Shown here: piece after piece, positions 1 through 63,781 of the stretch
How the letters are laid out: the number at the start of each line of letters is the position of its first letter
How positions within the stretch are numbered: the stretch's first letter is position 1
Assembly: GCF_009914755.1 (NCBI RefSeq)
Contig: NC_060925.1
Source of the DNA: the human T2T-CHM13v2.0 reference genome, Homo sapiens
Strand: one strand, 5' to 3'
Length of the DNA: 64,000 nt
The notes under the pieces: generated by a model
Databases searched by the model: none
Seen by the model: only the letters and a program-made list of their open reading frames with translations
Told to the model about the DNA's origin: nothing
Program-made: the position numbers and the translations under genes

Positions 1-284
1 CTCCTTCAAAAAAATAAAATAAAAAGGAAGCATTTAAAAGCTGGATGAAAGCTCTGGATTCATGGTGGTTACCTGTTGGACTTCACTGTAGTATCAGACT
101 TAGACTACCCTTTTCACTTGGGAATGCTCAAATGTCAATCTCTGGATGTCTTCTCTCACTCTCTCTAGGGAAGAATCTTCAACCTGCTGCCTGGTGGAGA
201 GGCTAGAGGCAGGAATGCTTTTTAGCCTTTGGATTCTTGATGTTGAGGAGATTGGGCTTAGAGTCCCCACAGTTCTATACATAG

Positions 285-893
285 TTTTTTTTGTTTGTTT
301 TTGAGACACAGTCTCGCTGGAGACTCTGGAGTTGCTGGAGTGCAGTGTCACGATTTAGGCTCACTGCAGCCTCCACCTCCCAGATTCAAACTATTCTCTC
401 TCATGCCTCAGCTACCTGAGTAGCTGGGATTACAGGCATGTACCACCACACCCGGCTTTTTTTTTTTTTTTTTTTTTTAGACAGAGTCTCGCTTTGTTGC
501 CTGGGCTGGAGTGCAGTGGCGTGATCTTGGCCACTGCAGCCTCCATCTCCCGGGTTCAAGCGATTCTCCTGCCTCAGCCTCCCGAGTAGCTGGGATTACA
601 GGCACCCACCACCATGCCCGGCTAATTTTTGTATTTTTAGTAGAGACAGGATTTTGCCATGTTGACCAGGCGGGTCTCAAACTCCTGACCTCATGTGATC
701 TGCCCGCCTCGACTTCCCAAAGTGCTAGGATTACAGGCTTGAGCCACTGCACTGGCCTAATTTTTGTATTTTTTATAGAGATAGAGTTTTACCATTTTGG
801 TCAGGCTGGTCTTGAACTCCTGGCCTCAATTAATCTGCCCACCTCAGCCTCCCAAAGTACTGGGATTACAGGTGTGAGCCACCACACCCGGCC
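285..893 (-). mobile_element. Nested Alus (full Alu ~456-756 inside the linker of an older Alu)
   Basis: Right arm, complete Alu and left arm in the same orientation. Confidence 0.85.
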
Positions 894-1272
894 ATATACA
901 TAGATTTTTACTTATACTTGTTTTCAACCCAATACTTCACCCTCTCTGCTGTGACTGGGTATTCTTGAGTTGGGAATCTCTCTGATTGATTTCTCCAGAG
1001 AATAGTCTCCTGATGGGGAAGCCCAGGGTGAGGCTGATATCTAGCTAATTTGTATATAGATTTCTAGGGAATTCCCCTATTTTTCAGCTCTGTGGTTGAT
1101 ACTTGCCTCCATAGTGAGCTGATACTTCAGTTCAGAGGCTCTTGAGAATTGGGAGGAGCAGATTTTCTTCCCTGTTGTCTGTAACTCCCACTGCAGATTA
1201 TAACTTTTCTGCCCCAAGTCATTTATCTCCCCTGTTCACTTTCATCTTTTAAAAACATTAAAATCTTTCATA

Positions 1273-1870
<598 letters not shown>

Positions 1871-2469
1871 ATAAATCTTTCCTAGACTTTTGTTTCCTCC
1901 CCTGTTGTTTCTCAGTTAATACTTTATTTCTTTTCTGTCATTTTAAAGATGTTTTTGGAAGGGAGAAGAGATAAACATTTATGGTCAGTTTACCATTTTC
2001 AGTAAGCTTCCCAGGTGATTCTGATACATACTGAAATGTGAAAATCACTGGTTCAGAAATTTAAGAGTACAGATTGGACCTAGGATAAGCTTTTGGCTGA
2101 TTTTCAGGGATCTTTCTTTGTACTGTTATATCTTTGGATTAAATTAGGCCTTTGCCGCCTCTTTGACATTTAGTAGATCTGCATCACTTTTTCTGTTTTC
2201 TCTTGCTTTCCTCACCTTCCTTGTTCATAAGCAAACAAAATAAAACAAAGCACCATAATGGTGAAGAAAAAGCCTCTGTTCAAATCTTTATTGAATACCT
2301 GCTCTGTGCCAGGCCTTCTGCCGTGTGTTTAGTATATGATTATTAGCAAACAGACATAGCTCTTTCTCTCAAGTCTCATTAGCCTTTCCAGTTGATTGCA
2401 TGGCTTTATATCATGTGTGGTATTTAGGGAAGAATATATTACCTTTCTGACCAAACTGGTTATATGTCT

Positions 2470-3470
<1,001 letters not shown>

Positions 3471-3616
3471 GAAATGCTGCCAGTTTTTAAAAACTGCCCT
3501 AGAAGACTTTCTCCGTCCTTGATTTGAAAGTTCATTAATTCTTTAGTTTTATACTCAAATCCTAAATGGCAAAATTTGTTTAGCTTCCTACCTTCATTGC
3601 AGTAGAACAACATTCA

Positions 3617-12781
<9,165 letters not shown>

Positions 12782-14300
12782 GGAATTCTGGGGGATTCCC
12801 CCAGGGAGGAGCTGGGCTGCTGAGAGCCTAGTCCAGCAGGTTTCTGCCCTGACATTCTCTTGTCTGCTATTCCCAGAGAGGTCTCAGAGGGGAGGGGAGA
12901 GCCTGCATCTGGGGGCCAAGGGCTGATTAGGGAACTGTGTCCTACCCACACTGGCATGTTGGATTACGTTTGTCCTGTTAATTCACTCTCGACGGTGAGT
13001 TACTAATTAACTTTTGGCAGGTACAACAGATAAGTCCTCACAAACTGTTCCCAGCCCTAGGCTGACATGAGAGACGAACAGGCTGTCCACCTTTCTTCTC
13101 CATCCAATGGGATGGATCCATGTTCATTCCCACTTCACACCTTGGTCCTGCTGATTAGAGAGCTCATCAGAGGGGCCTGGAAAGGCTGAGCAAGTACCAG
13201 TGACAATGGCCATTTAAGAATTCTCAGGCCCCATGTGCCAGCCTTCTTGGGAACTGAGCTGGCTTTCTGGGTTTTCTCATGCCTGGTCTTACTGCTTCTT
13301 CCTCAGGGCTCTTGTTCTCCCAGAAGCCTCAGGGTAATGTGTTGGTTAGCACGTAACTACTAGGATTGGGGCCCTAGGGATTATAGCCAGGACTCTAATC
13401 TGCCTACCATGCCATTTAACAAGAGATCCCACTCTCCAGCTGCCTTGTGTCCCTAGGGTCCTGGCCATGTGTTTAGTGTGCTAAACTTTCTCCTTTGTTC
13501 TCAGGCCTTCCAGGTAGTCCCCTTCCTGGACTTAAGAGTGCAAACTCTTCTCTGTGGTTCTAGCCTTGGGCAGAATTATATCCCAGAGACCACAGAGCAA
13601 CTGTCAAGCTGCTTACCCCCTCACCCAGGGCTACAGCCTGTGCCCAGCCCTCTAATTTGTGCCTCTCTTGTGTTGGGGGTGGTGGGGGTTATTCCTTTCC
13701 CTTTCCTGCTCTGGCCTCCTTGAAAGTTCAGAGTACCCAGTACAAGTCAGCTTTAAAGTACAGCTTTTAGTGTTTCCTGGGTTGTTTCTCTGGGGCTTTA
13801 GTGAGGGACCTTTGCCCTCTGGTTTTTCTTGCCTCCTGGTTTAGGGAGCATCTCACACTTGTTAGTATCTGGTTGTTGGGCCAGCCGTGCCTCCTCTAGA
13901 TCTGGAGCCAGGCCAGGCAGGGGCCACGTGTGGGCCAGTCAGCCACTACAAGATTTTTGCTAAGCTTTGGGCTGTTGGCAGCATCTTGGACCTCATGCCT
14001 GGGCCTGAATGAGGCTCTTTCTTAAGTGTTTTTACAAGTTTGTGTTTTATTTATGGAGTGACTTATCCCTTCCATTCAGAGCAGCCCCACCCAGCCAGCC
14101 CTTCAGCCTCTGGGCTCCTGCTGCTTAAAGGCAGAGCCGCCTGGTTGGTCTCCACCCTGTGCATTGGGAGCCCAGCCACCATGCTGACGGGTATTTTTCC
14201 TCATAAAGTTTATAACCAGTTATTTATATGAATCTTTGTTATGTCCATTTGTTTGTATTGCGTATTTTGATTATAAAATAAAGTATCTTAACAGACTCCT
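12782..14300 (+). other. CEP85: CEP85 3'UTR (~1.5 kb, Alu-free); 3' end approximate
   Basis: Follows the stop codon and ends in a U-rich stretch with AATAAA at 14277-14282. Confidence 0.8.
14277..14282 (+). terminator. CEP85 polyadenylation signal AATAAA
   Basis: ttataaAATAAAgtatc preceded by U-rich elements. Confidence 0.8.
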
Positions 14301-15339
14301 CAGTTTTCCATACCCTTCCATCACCACCACCACGCTATTCTACCCCTCACTTTGGCTTGTTAGAGCCAAACACCTGGGTGTTCAGCCAGGTCCCCCAGGC
14401 AGCAGCGTGGAGGAACCTTTGGCAGGTCCAGCCAGCCTCATGTCCCTATCTCTGCCACCTCTGCTCCTCTGTCGTTCTATAGAACCAGATCTCTTCCCAC
14501 TCACTTTCTCTTGGGCAAACCTTCCCTGAGTCATAACAGAAGTTTGTCACTGGAAAGTTTCAGCAGTCCTCTCAGGAAGTTGGCAGCCTCTGGGTTGCTG
14601 TGAGGAAGTGGCTTTACCAGAGCAAGGGTTGTCTTTCTGGGCTGTTAACCTGCCTGAGCCCTGGACCAGGGGGACATCTGAGAAGCATGATGTTGAGTGC
14701 CAGACAGCTAGGTCTCCAAAGTTGGGCTCGTTGCTGGAGTCTGCCCCCTCAACCGCTGAATTCTTGCTGGGAGTAGTAGCAGTTTGGGAATGCCATCTGC
14801 AGCATGGAGCTGGGGTTGAGCTTGGACCACCCCAAGACCTGGGGTGGATCTTAAGGGTCAGCTTGAGCCTAGGCTCTCGAGTCCTGACATCATCCTCTAC
14901 CGCCACGCTTTCCAGCTGTCAGCCTTGGTCTCCATCTGGTTCCTTGAGGGTGTGGCCTCTGCGTCCTGCTATCACCCTTCCTTGTCTAAACCTTCCCACC
15001 TGAGTGGAGAGGAACTTGGGGGAAAATCTCTAAGCATGGGCTCTTCCTGCTGTCCTATGCTTCCTATCCCCTAGGGTTAGTGGTGCGTGTTGGGTGGTGG
15101 AGCGAGGGATCCCTTGGAGCAAGGTTCTTAGAGAACTTTGGGTCTGAAAGCAGCTCAAACCTTCCAAAGCCCCAAGCTTCCCTGTGCTATTAGAGCACCT
15201 CCTCCTGGAGAGAGCGGCTCTCGTGGCTGGGGAGTTGGATGCACCAAACCTGTGTGCGGCTGGAGAGGGAGGCTTCTGCCAGACCCTCTCCCGGGCCTGT
15301 CCTGCCACCCAGGCCCCTCCCCAGTCTCACACTGAGCTC

Positions 15340-15900
15340 CAGATCAGGGAAGGGCCGAAAAGGACGATCAGGGCAGCCGCAGAAGGGGCGCCCTGCGTGG
15401 GACGGGTCCGTTGCGCGCCTGGTAACCGAGGGGGAAGGGAAGGGGCCTCTGGCGTGCGGGGCGGTGTCGCGCAGGTCCCACCCCGCCTGCCCGCGCCGCC
15501 CATTGGTCCCGAGCGCGATGACTTGGCGGGCGGAGCAGGAAGGAAACCGCTCCCGAGCACGGCGGCGGCGTCGTCTCCCGGCAGTGCAGCTGCCGCTACC
15601 GCCGCCCTCTGCCCGCCGGCCCGTCTGTCTACCCCCAGCATGAGCGGCCTGCGCGTCTACAGCACGTCGGTCACCGGCTCCCGCGAAGTAAGTGCGCGCC
15701 CGGACTGGCGCTGGGGGAAAGCGCAGGGCTGTATCCCGGTGCTTTGGACCCTAGCGCCCGGGACCCACCCCCAGGACGGGGGCGGGGTGGGGGGAGTGCG
15801 TCGGCGAGGTGCTGGGCACGGTCTCCCGGACCCGGTCCCGAGGCCCCATCCTGAATGTCTTCATCGGGCATCCTGGGTCCTTTGCAGCCGCGGCATGAAC
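15340..15900 (+). promoter_or_regulatory. CpG-island promoter of SH3BGRL3
   Basis: Dense CpG; GC boxes (ggggcgg ~15458, ccccgcc 15481); inverted CCAAT (attgg 15502-15506); tandem ETS-like GGAAGGAA ~15538; all directly upstream of ATG 15640. Confidence 0.85.
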
Positions 15901-16607
15901 TTCCCGTGCCCATCCCCCATCAACCCCACACCCATTCTCTGCACTCCCACTACCGGGCTGACCCTGACCACGACCGCAGCCTGCCCTCCCCTCCCCTCCC
16001 CACCCTGAGCCTGATCCCACTTCCCTTCACTCTGACCCCCTCCCCCGTGGCTGATAATCCCTCTCTTCATCCTGCACCACCTCAAGCCTGACTCATCCTC
16101 CCAACTCCTAGAGGCCAGAACCCTCCCCTAGTGTGGAGGGGAATGGGGGGACAAAAGCTCCTGGTCACAGCCTCTCTCACCCTGCCCAGCATTTCCCCCA
16201 TAAATCCTCCAGCCTATCCACTAACCCCTACCCACCCTCTGTCCCCAGATCAAGTCCCAGCAGAGCGAGGTGACCCGAATCCTGGATGGGAAGCGCATCC
16301 AATACCAGCTAGTGGACATCTCCCAGGACAACGCCCTGAGGGATGAGATGCGAGCCTTGGCAGGCAACCCCAAGGCCACCCCACCCCAGATTGTCAACGG
16401 GGACCAGTACTGTGGGGTATGGGCTGGGGGACGGGGGGGTGGGGGGAGTGTTGGAAGAGGACTCTAGCCAGGGTCATATCTGCCACAAAGCACTTGGGCC
16501 CCCTGCATTCAGGTGACCACCCCTCGCCTCCCCTTCTCCAGGACTATGAGCTCTTCGTGGAGGCTGTGGAACAAAACACGCTGCAGGAGTTCCTGAAGCT
16601 GGCTTGA
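15640..16607 (+). CDS. SH3BGRL3: SH3 domain-binding glutamic acid-rich-like protein 3 (thioredoxin/glutaredoxin-like fold, 93 aa)
   Basis: Exons 15640-15687, 16249-16416 and 16542-16607 (all phase 0) give MSGLRVYSTSVTGSREIKSQQSEVTRILDGKRIQYQLVDISQDNALRDEMRALAGNPKATPPQIVNGDQYCGDYELFVEAVEQNTLQEFLKLA*. Confidence 0.97.
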
Positions 16608-16979
16608 GTCAAGCCTGTCCAGAGTTCCCCTGCTGGACTCCATCACCACACTCCCCCCAGCCTTCACCTGGCCATGAAGGACCTTTTGACCAACTCCCTG
16701 TCATTCCTAACCTAACCTTAGAGTCCCTCCCCCAATGCAGGCCACTTCTCCTCCCTCCTCTCTAAATGTAGTCCCCTCTCCTCCATCTAAAGGCAACATT
16801 CCTTACCCATTAGTCTCAGAAATTGTCTTAAGCAACAGCCCCAAATGCTGGCTGCCCCCAGCCAAGCATTGGGGCCGCCATCCTGCCTGGCACTGGCTGA
16901 TGGGCACCTCTGTTGGTTCCATCAGCCAGAGCTCTGCCAAAGGCCCCGCAGTCCCTCTCCCAGGAGGACCCTAGAGGCA

Positions 16980-16985
16980 ATTAAA
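16980..16985 (+). terminator. SH3BGRL3 polyadenylation signal ATTAAA
   Basis: ATTAAA ~370 nt after the stop, followed by a GU-rich downstream element (tgtgtctggttggttgt). Confidence 0.7.
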
Positions 16986-17782
16986 TGATGTCCTGTTCCA
17001 TTGGCACTGTGTCTGGTTGGTTGTGGCCTGGGCCTCCTGGGTCCCTGCCCTGGGCAAGGTTGGTAGTTGTGACTGTGCTGAGACTGCTCTGTGGGAAGGG
17101 TGGCTGAGCTGTTCTCTTGTGACTGTCACCTCTGTGTTTGTTAGTGCATGTGTTTGGATATGTCTGACACACAAATACCTGTATGGACCAGTGGTTTCTG
17201 GAGATGTCTGGGTGGGCCACCCTCCAGTTCACATGCATGTGTCCATATCATGCTTGTGCCTTGGTGTGTAGTGCACATCTCCATGCCTGTCAGTGAGTGT
17301 GGCCATCCCATGCGCCTGTGTTGGAGCACAATGGCTAAGAATGAGTGTATCATGGGAGGTGGGTACCCAGCTGCAGTTCTGCTAATTTGGGGGCATGGGT
17401 CTAGTGGCAAAATGGCTTTGTGCGGTGTTGAAGTGTCCCCACGAGTTGGTGGGTCTGTGCCTGTGCACAGGTATCTGCTGGCTGCACACATACACAGTGA
17501 GGCTCTGCTGTCCCAGCTGAGAATGTAAACCCAGCTGGGGCCAGCTCCTTCCCCCCACTGCATCCCTCCCTTCACAGGATCCACTTAGCCCTTCTTGGGA
17601 GAAAGAGGAACCTAGAAGACAAAGACCCAGCAGCCAGGCCCGCCAGCCGGGGCTCGAGTTACCAAGGGGCGGGTCGGCACCGCCCCCTCCCTGGCCCAGC
17701 TGGTCCCAGGCCTTTCCTACGTGCCTGGCGAGATGGCCCACCCAAGAGCCTGGCGGAGCAGTGGGTTGAGGGGGCGGGTGCT

Positions 17783-41125
<23,343 letters not shown>

Positions 41126-41452
41126 TAGGGAAAAAAAAACAAAACTCCTAAACCAAATCCAACATTTTCGTCAAACTCACTTCCTCCCACTTCCCCCTTC
41201 TTAATGGGACCCCATCACCCAACCACATTTTTTCTCTCCTTCCTTCCCTCTTACGCCATCTTGCCTCTTACATCAAACCCTGCAGGCTAAACTCTCTCAC
41301 ATATAGCTGCCCCTTTCCATGGCCACCGTCGGCCGTCCTAGTGGGACTCTCACTGCCCATTCTGGGGGCTGTCACATGGCTCCCAACTGACTTCCCTACT
41401 TCCAGTGTCACTCCAGTCCAGTCCGACACATTGTCTCCAGGTTAATCTTCTC

Positions 41453-41682
41453 CCAGATTACAAGGGCCCCTGAGGGCAAAGGCTGCATTTCCCTGTCCGT
41501 TTGGGGGGACTCCTGAGGGCAGGGGCATATCTCTTTCTCCTTCAGATTAGGGAGCCCTGAGGACAGTCGCCTAACTCCTTCACTTTGGGGCTTCCAAGGG
41601 CAGGACTGTGACTACCCCTCAGGCCAAAAGGTCCTTAAGGCAGAGTTGTCACCCACTTCAGACCTGGCTCTGAGAGCAAATC
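41453..41682. repeat. Degenerate ~40-bp tandem array (6 units)
   Basis: Recurrent ..cagat..ggg..ccTGAGGGCag.. cores at ~41471, 41514, 41558, 41596, 41636, 41671. Confidence 0.55.
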
Positions 41683-41789
41683 TCTGCACCATGCCTCTAC
41701 ATCTTTGGAACCAAACTCAGTGCTGTGCTTGACTCACAATATTCTTCTTCACACCTCCTCGGCCTCTCCGTCATCCCCAGAGCCCAGAG

Positions 41790-42330
41790 ATCTGGCGGGG
41801 ACACGGTCCGGCCCGCTGCCAGGACTCCCTAATGCCCCCAGGACGCGCTCAGGGAGCGACGTCTATCACGATCTAACCCAGCCCTGGAGGCCGTGTCGCC
41901 TCCTTCCGCCTCCACGCGTAGTCATGGTAAGCAGGGTCTTGAACCTCTCCTGTGGGAGCCGCGGAGCTCGCAGGCCCTCGGGGCTCGGGCTCCAGCCTGC
42001 GTGGGGACTCCAGGGGCAGAAAGGTCTTAAGCCAGACTCACCACGCAGGGCCGCTAGCCGTCCCGCAGCGCCGCCATCTTGTTGTCACGCGGTTTCCTAG
42101 GCGACCAGGACCCGTGCACTTCTCATTGGCTAGTTTGAGGGAGGCCTGCGCAACCTGCAGACAGCGAAGGTGGATACAGTCGCCTGTGCTCGGATTCTAT
42201 TGGCCCACAGAGTCGGTATTCTTCGCGGGCGAATCCCAGAATGCACCGCTCTGAGAGGGCTCCAGGTCCGGGGCGGGGGGGGGGGGGGGGGGGGGGGGTT
42301 CGTTCCTACCCTCAGGTGCGGGAGGAAGGA
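41790..42330 (-). promoter_or_regulatory. CpG-island promoter and non-coding first exon (~42042-42100) of UBXN11
   Basis: CpG-rich; minus-strand donor GTG|gtgagt at 42042/42041; YY1-type GCCGCCATCTT 42070-42080; X-box-like GTTTCCTAGGCGAC 42092-42105; CCAAT boxes on the minus strand at 42125-42129 and 42199-42203; the next exon's acceptor is at 38365. Confidence 0.75.
42275..42298. repeat. G24 homopolymer
   Basis: 24 consecutive G. Confidence 0.9.
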
Positions 42331-43145
42331 GCCTGGGATTAGGTTAATGAAACTGCTGGCAGCCTCACATTCAGGACCTGAATGTGTGATCCCGACAGTG
42401 CCGCTATTTTGCTAAATTGATCTTGGGAGGAATTATCCCTCTTAGCTTATTTCCCCATATGATCAGTATTGTAACACGAAGTACTGTAATACTTCACGGA
42501 GGCTGCTTTGAGGATGGATTGCAATGATGCAAGTACTTAATAAATGTTTCCTAAATCTGAGTTTCTGTGACAAATCCTTGACCAGATTGGCGCCCGGAAG
42601 GGCGGCCCAAATTCTAGTTCCCTTGTGTTAAGAGTTGGGTAAGACAATTTCCCCTCCCAGAGCCTCATCTGTAAAATTGTGTTGGATTAGACTCAGTCAC
42701 CAAAACAGCTAAAGGCAGTTAAGACCACGAACTTTGGAATTAGGAGTCCTGGCTCCTTACTGTGTGTTCTTGGGCACTTTATACACCTTAGTTTTTATAT
42801 CTGTAAAACAGTGATAATACCTACCCCCACTGGGTTGCCGTGAGGATTAAATAAGGTAATGCAAAGTACACGATTTTAAAGGGGAAAGCCGAAACAGAAA
42901 CACCTGTAGAGAGCACTTTTTCAAAAACGTTTCCTGCTGTTAATCATCATCATCATCTCTCCACCCTTTCAGCTGTGATGGTCTGGGAGTTTATGATTTC
43001 TGATCTCAGGCACTCACTTCTTTGTGCCCAGGTTCAAAAGCCCTTTCTCTGCACAACCCAAGAGTGTTTTTCTGTTGCTTTTTTTTTTTTTTTTTTAATT
43101 TTCCGTTTGACTTTCTAGCCTACCACATTCAGGGAAGGGTAGGCT

Positions 43146-52745
<9,600 letters not shown>

Positions 52746-53279
52746 TTAACAAACTTCAGAAATAATCTATTTCAGTCTTCCCAGTTCCTTGAAATGAGGA
52801 ACTGAGGCCTAGAGAGGGAAAGCCCAACTGAAACCAGGCTTACCGATTCCTCACCTCCAGCACCTTCACAGAAATCCACCAACCCTTCCACAATCTAAAC
52901 ATTTCCCAAGCTTTCATTCAGAACCTGCAGCCCATCTACAACCTTCCCTTGAAACATAAATCTATCCCAGCCCTTCTCCTTCAGCTCCTATACCCTGCCC
53001 CAATCTTCTTTAAACAATGCTATGTTCTGGCTCTTTTTAAATTGGTTATTATTACATGTAATCCGGCAGTTCTTTTGTTAAAGGGTCAGAGAGGTAGAGT
53101 TTCTGGCCCAGGGTCTCAGAGCTGGTCAGTGATTAAACCAGGATTCAGCCTGCAGGATGCATGATTCCAGGCCTCGGGCCCTACTTACTCCCACCGTTGC
53201 CTCTGGATTGACCTCTCTCCTATCTTGTACGATCTAGCCTGCTCCCCCAGCCAGGGCCTTAGAACCTAGAGCCTGGTAT

Positions 53280-53469
53280 TATCCACCCCCAGATCTGCAG
53301 AAAGGAAGCCACACCCCTCCTCCACCTTGTAAGCCCTCCTTCCTCTCCCTACCTCACCCCGCCTCCTCTGCCTCCTGGTTCAAAAGCAGCTAAACCAAAA
53401 GAAGCCTCCAGACAGCCCTGAGATCACCTAAAAAGCTGCTACCAAGACAGCCACGAAGATCCTACCAAA
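53280..53469 (+). promoter_or_regulatory. CD52 proximal promoter/5'UTR (no CpG island)
   Basis: ETS-like AAAGGAAG ~53301, GC/CACCC boxes 53356-53364, directly upstream of the ATG; TSS not determinable from sequence. Confidence 0.5.
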
Positions 53470-55755
<2,286 letters not shown>

Positions 55756-55952
55756 GGTGACACGTCTCAGCCTTAGCCCTGTGCCCCCTGAAACAGCTGC
55801 CACCATCACTCGCAAGAGAATCCCCTCCATCTTTGGGAGGGGTTGATGCCAGACATCACCAGGTTGTAGAAGTTGACAGGCAGTGCCATGGGGGCAACAG
55901 CCAAAATAGGGGGGTAATGATGTAGGGGCCAAGCAGTGCCCAGCTGGGGGTC

Positions 55953-55958
55953 AATAAA
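55953..55958 (+). terminator. CD52 polyadenylation signal AATAAA
   Basis: AATAAA ~200 nt after the stop. Confidence 0.85.
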
Positions 55959-57420
55959 GTTACCCTTGTACTTGCAGTGGGGTCCTGCTTGTGGTTACTG
56001 GACATCCCTACGCCCCAAGAGCCAGCTGTGCAGCAGCACCAGGGAGTTTCCCATGTCCCCATCAGCAGGGAAATTGGCACCAGGGAGCAGCCCCCAGCTT
56101 CCCCACCTAAATTCCAATGCTGAGGGCCCTTCCCCTTAGAAGCACATTGCAGGGACAAGGCCCAGAACCTGGCAGCCTCACCAACCCTGCAGTTGCGTTT
56201 GCTTCATCCATCCCTGGGTGTTTGGGAATGATGGTACTAGAGATGCCACCACCCTGGACATCCCAGGCTCAGAGAGCCCCTACCCCACTACCTGGGTGTC
56301 TTCAGAATGACAGATCCAGGGAAATCCCCAGTCCCAGGGACACCCCTCAACAAGGTATTTAGATCCCCAGCAAACCAGCCCCACAGGCATCTGGGGCTGG
56401 AGAAGGATGATGGGTGGCTGTCTACCTCCCACGCTGGCCCAGGGGCTGGGAAGGCAGGAAGGGCAAGCAGCTGCTCTGACCACTCCCACCCTCCTGGGCT
56501 TGAGGCATCGGAGGTGGGTGCTGCAGAGATGGAAGGGAGCCCCAGGGCACCCCCCAAGGGCCCCTCCCACCTTGGCTTCTTCCTTGAGGACCTCCAGGGA
56601 CAGAGGGAGCTCCCTCTCTTCTATGTCCTGCCCTCTCTGAGCTGGGTTAGAGACCTGGATGCCCTGTCCTGGCTTCTCTAAGACCAGAGTTGGGGTGAGT
56701 GCAGCAGAGCCCTGGGGGCACAGCCCTTCAGGGTGTGGCTCACACTCATCTCCCATGCCTGGCCCACTGCACCCCCATCACACTAACCTCCACGTTTTCA
56801 CCCTGGACTTGTATGCATCCCTAGAATATTCTTTCTCTGCCTCCTGGAGCCTGGCTAACTCCCCACCCTAATATCTCAGCTGCAGGTCCCTGACGTGTGC
56901 AGAGAGACATCTCAGCCTGCCCTGCACTTGTGGGGGTGATGTTCCTGCTGTGTGAGTCCCTCTACTTCTTTCCTCCCTTCTCATGGATGCATCACTCTAC
57001 CTGTCAGGATCCTCTGTGGGACTGTGCGTTCCCTAAGGACAGGGACCGAAAGGCTCAGTTTGTGTCTGTGCCCGCACAGCCTAGGGCCCCACCCGGCTCA
57101 GAGCCTGCTCTCACAACACTTCATTTGGGTGGCTGCGCGAGACTACACTCCCCAGTTAGTCTGGTCCCAGGGCGCCCTCTGATGGCAGAAGGAGGCCTAA
57201 CATCTGAACCCGAAAGCTGGGGCCTGGAGGGAAGAAGCCAGCCTGAGCGTCAGGGAAGAAGGCAAGTGAACAAATCCCCACCCCACCCCGAAATATCAAG
57301 GTGCACAGAGACAAGGGTACCTGGCAGCATATTAGAAAATAGCTTATGTTACAACAAAAACCCTATAAAAACATTCATCCCAGCAAAAGCCTCCAGGGCT
57401 GGAGGGTGAGGGGAAAAGTT

Positions 57421-63781
<6,361 letters not shown>

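Noticed and set aside
17148-17528. 126-aa ORF downstream of SH3BGRL3
   Set aside because: Lies after the polyA signal in TG-rich low-complexity sequence; no homology that I recognise.
41453-41682. Repeat array considered as CRISPR-like
   Set aside because: Eukaryotic DNA; units are degenerate with no constant repeat/unique spacer structure and no cas genes.
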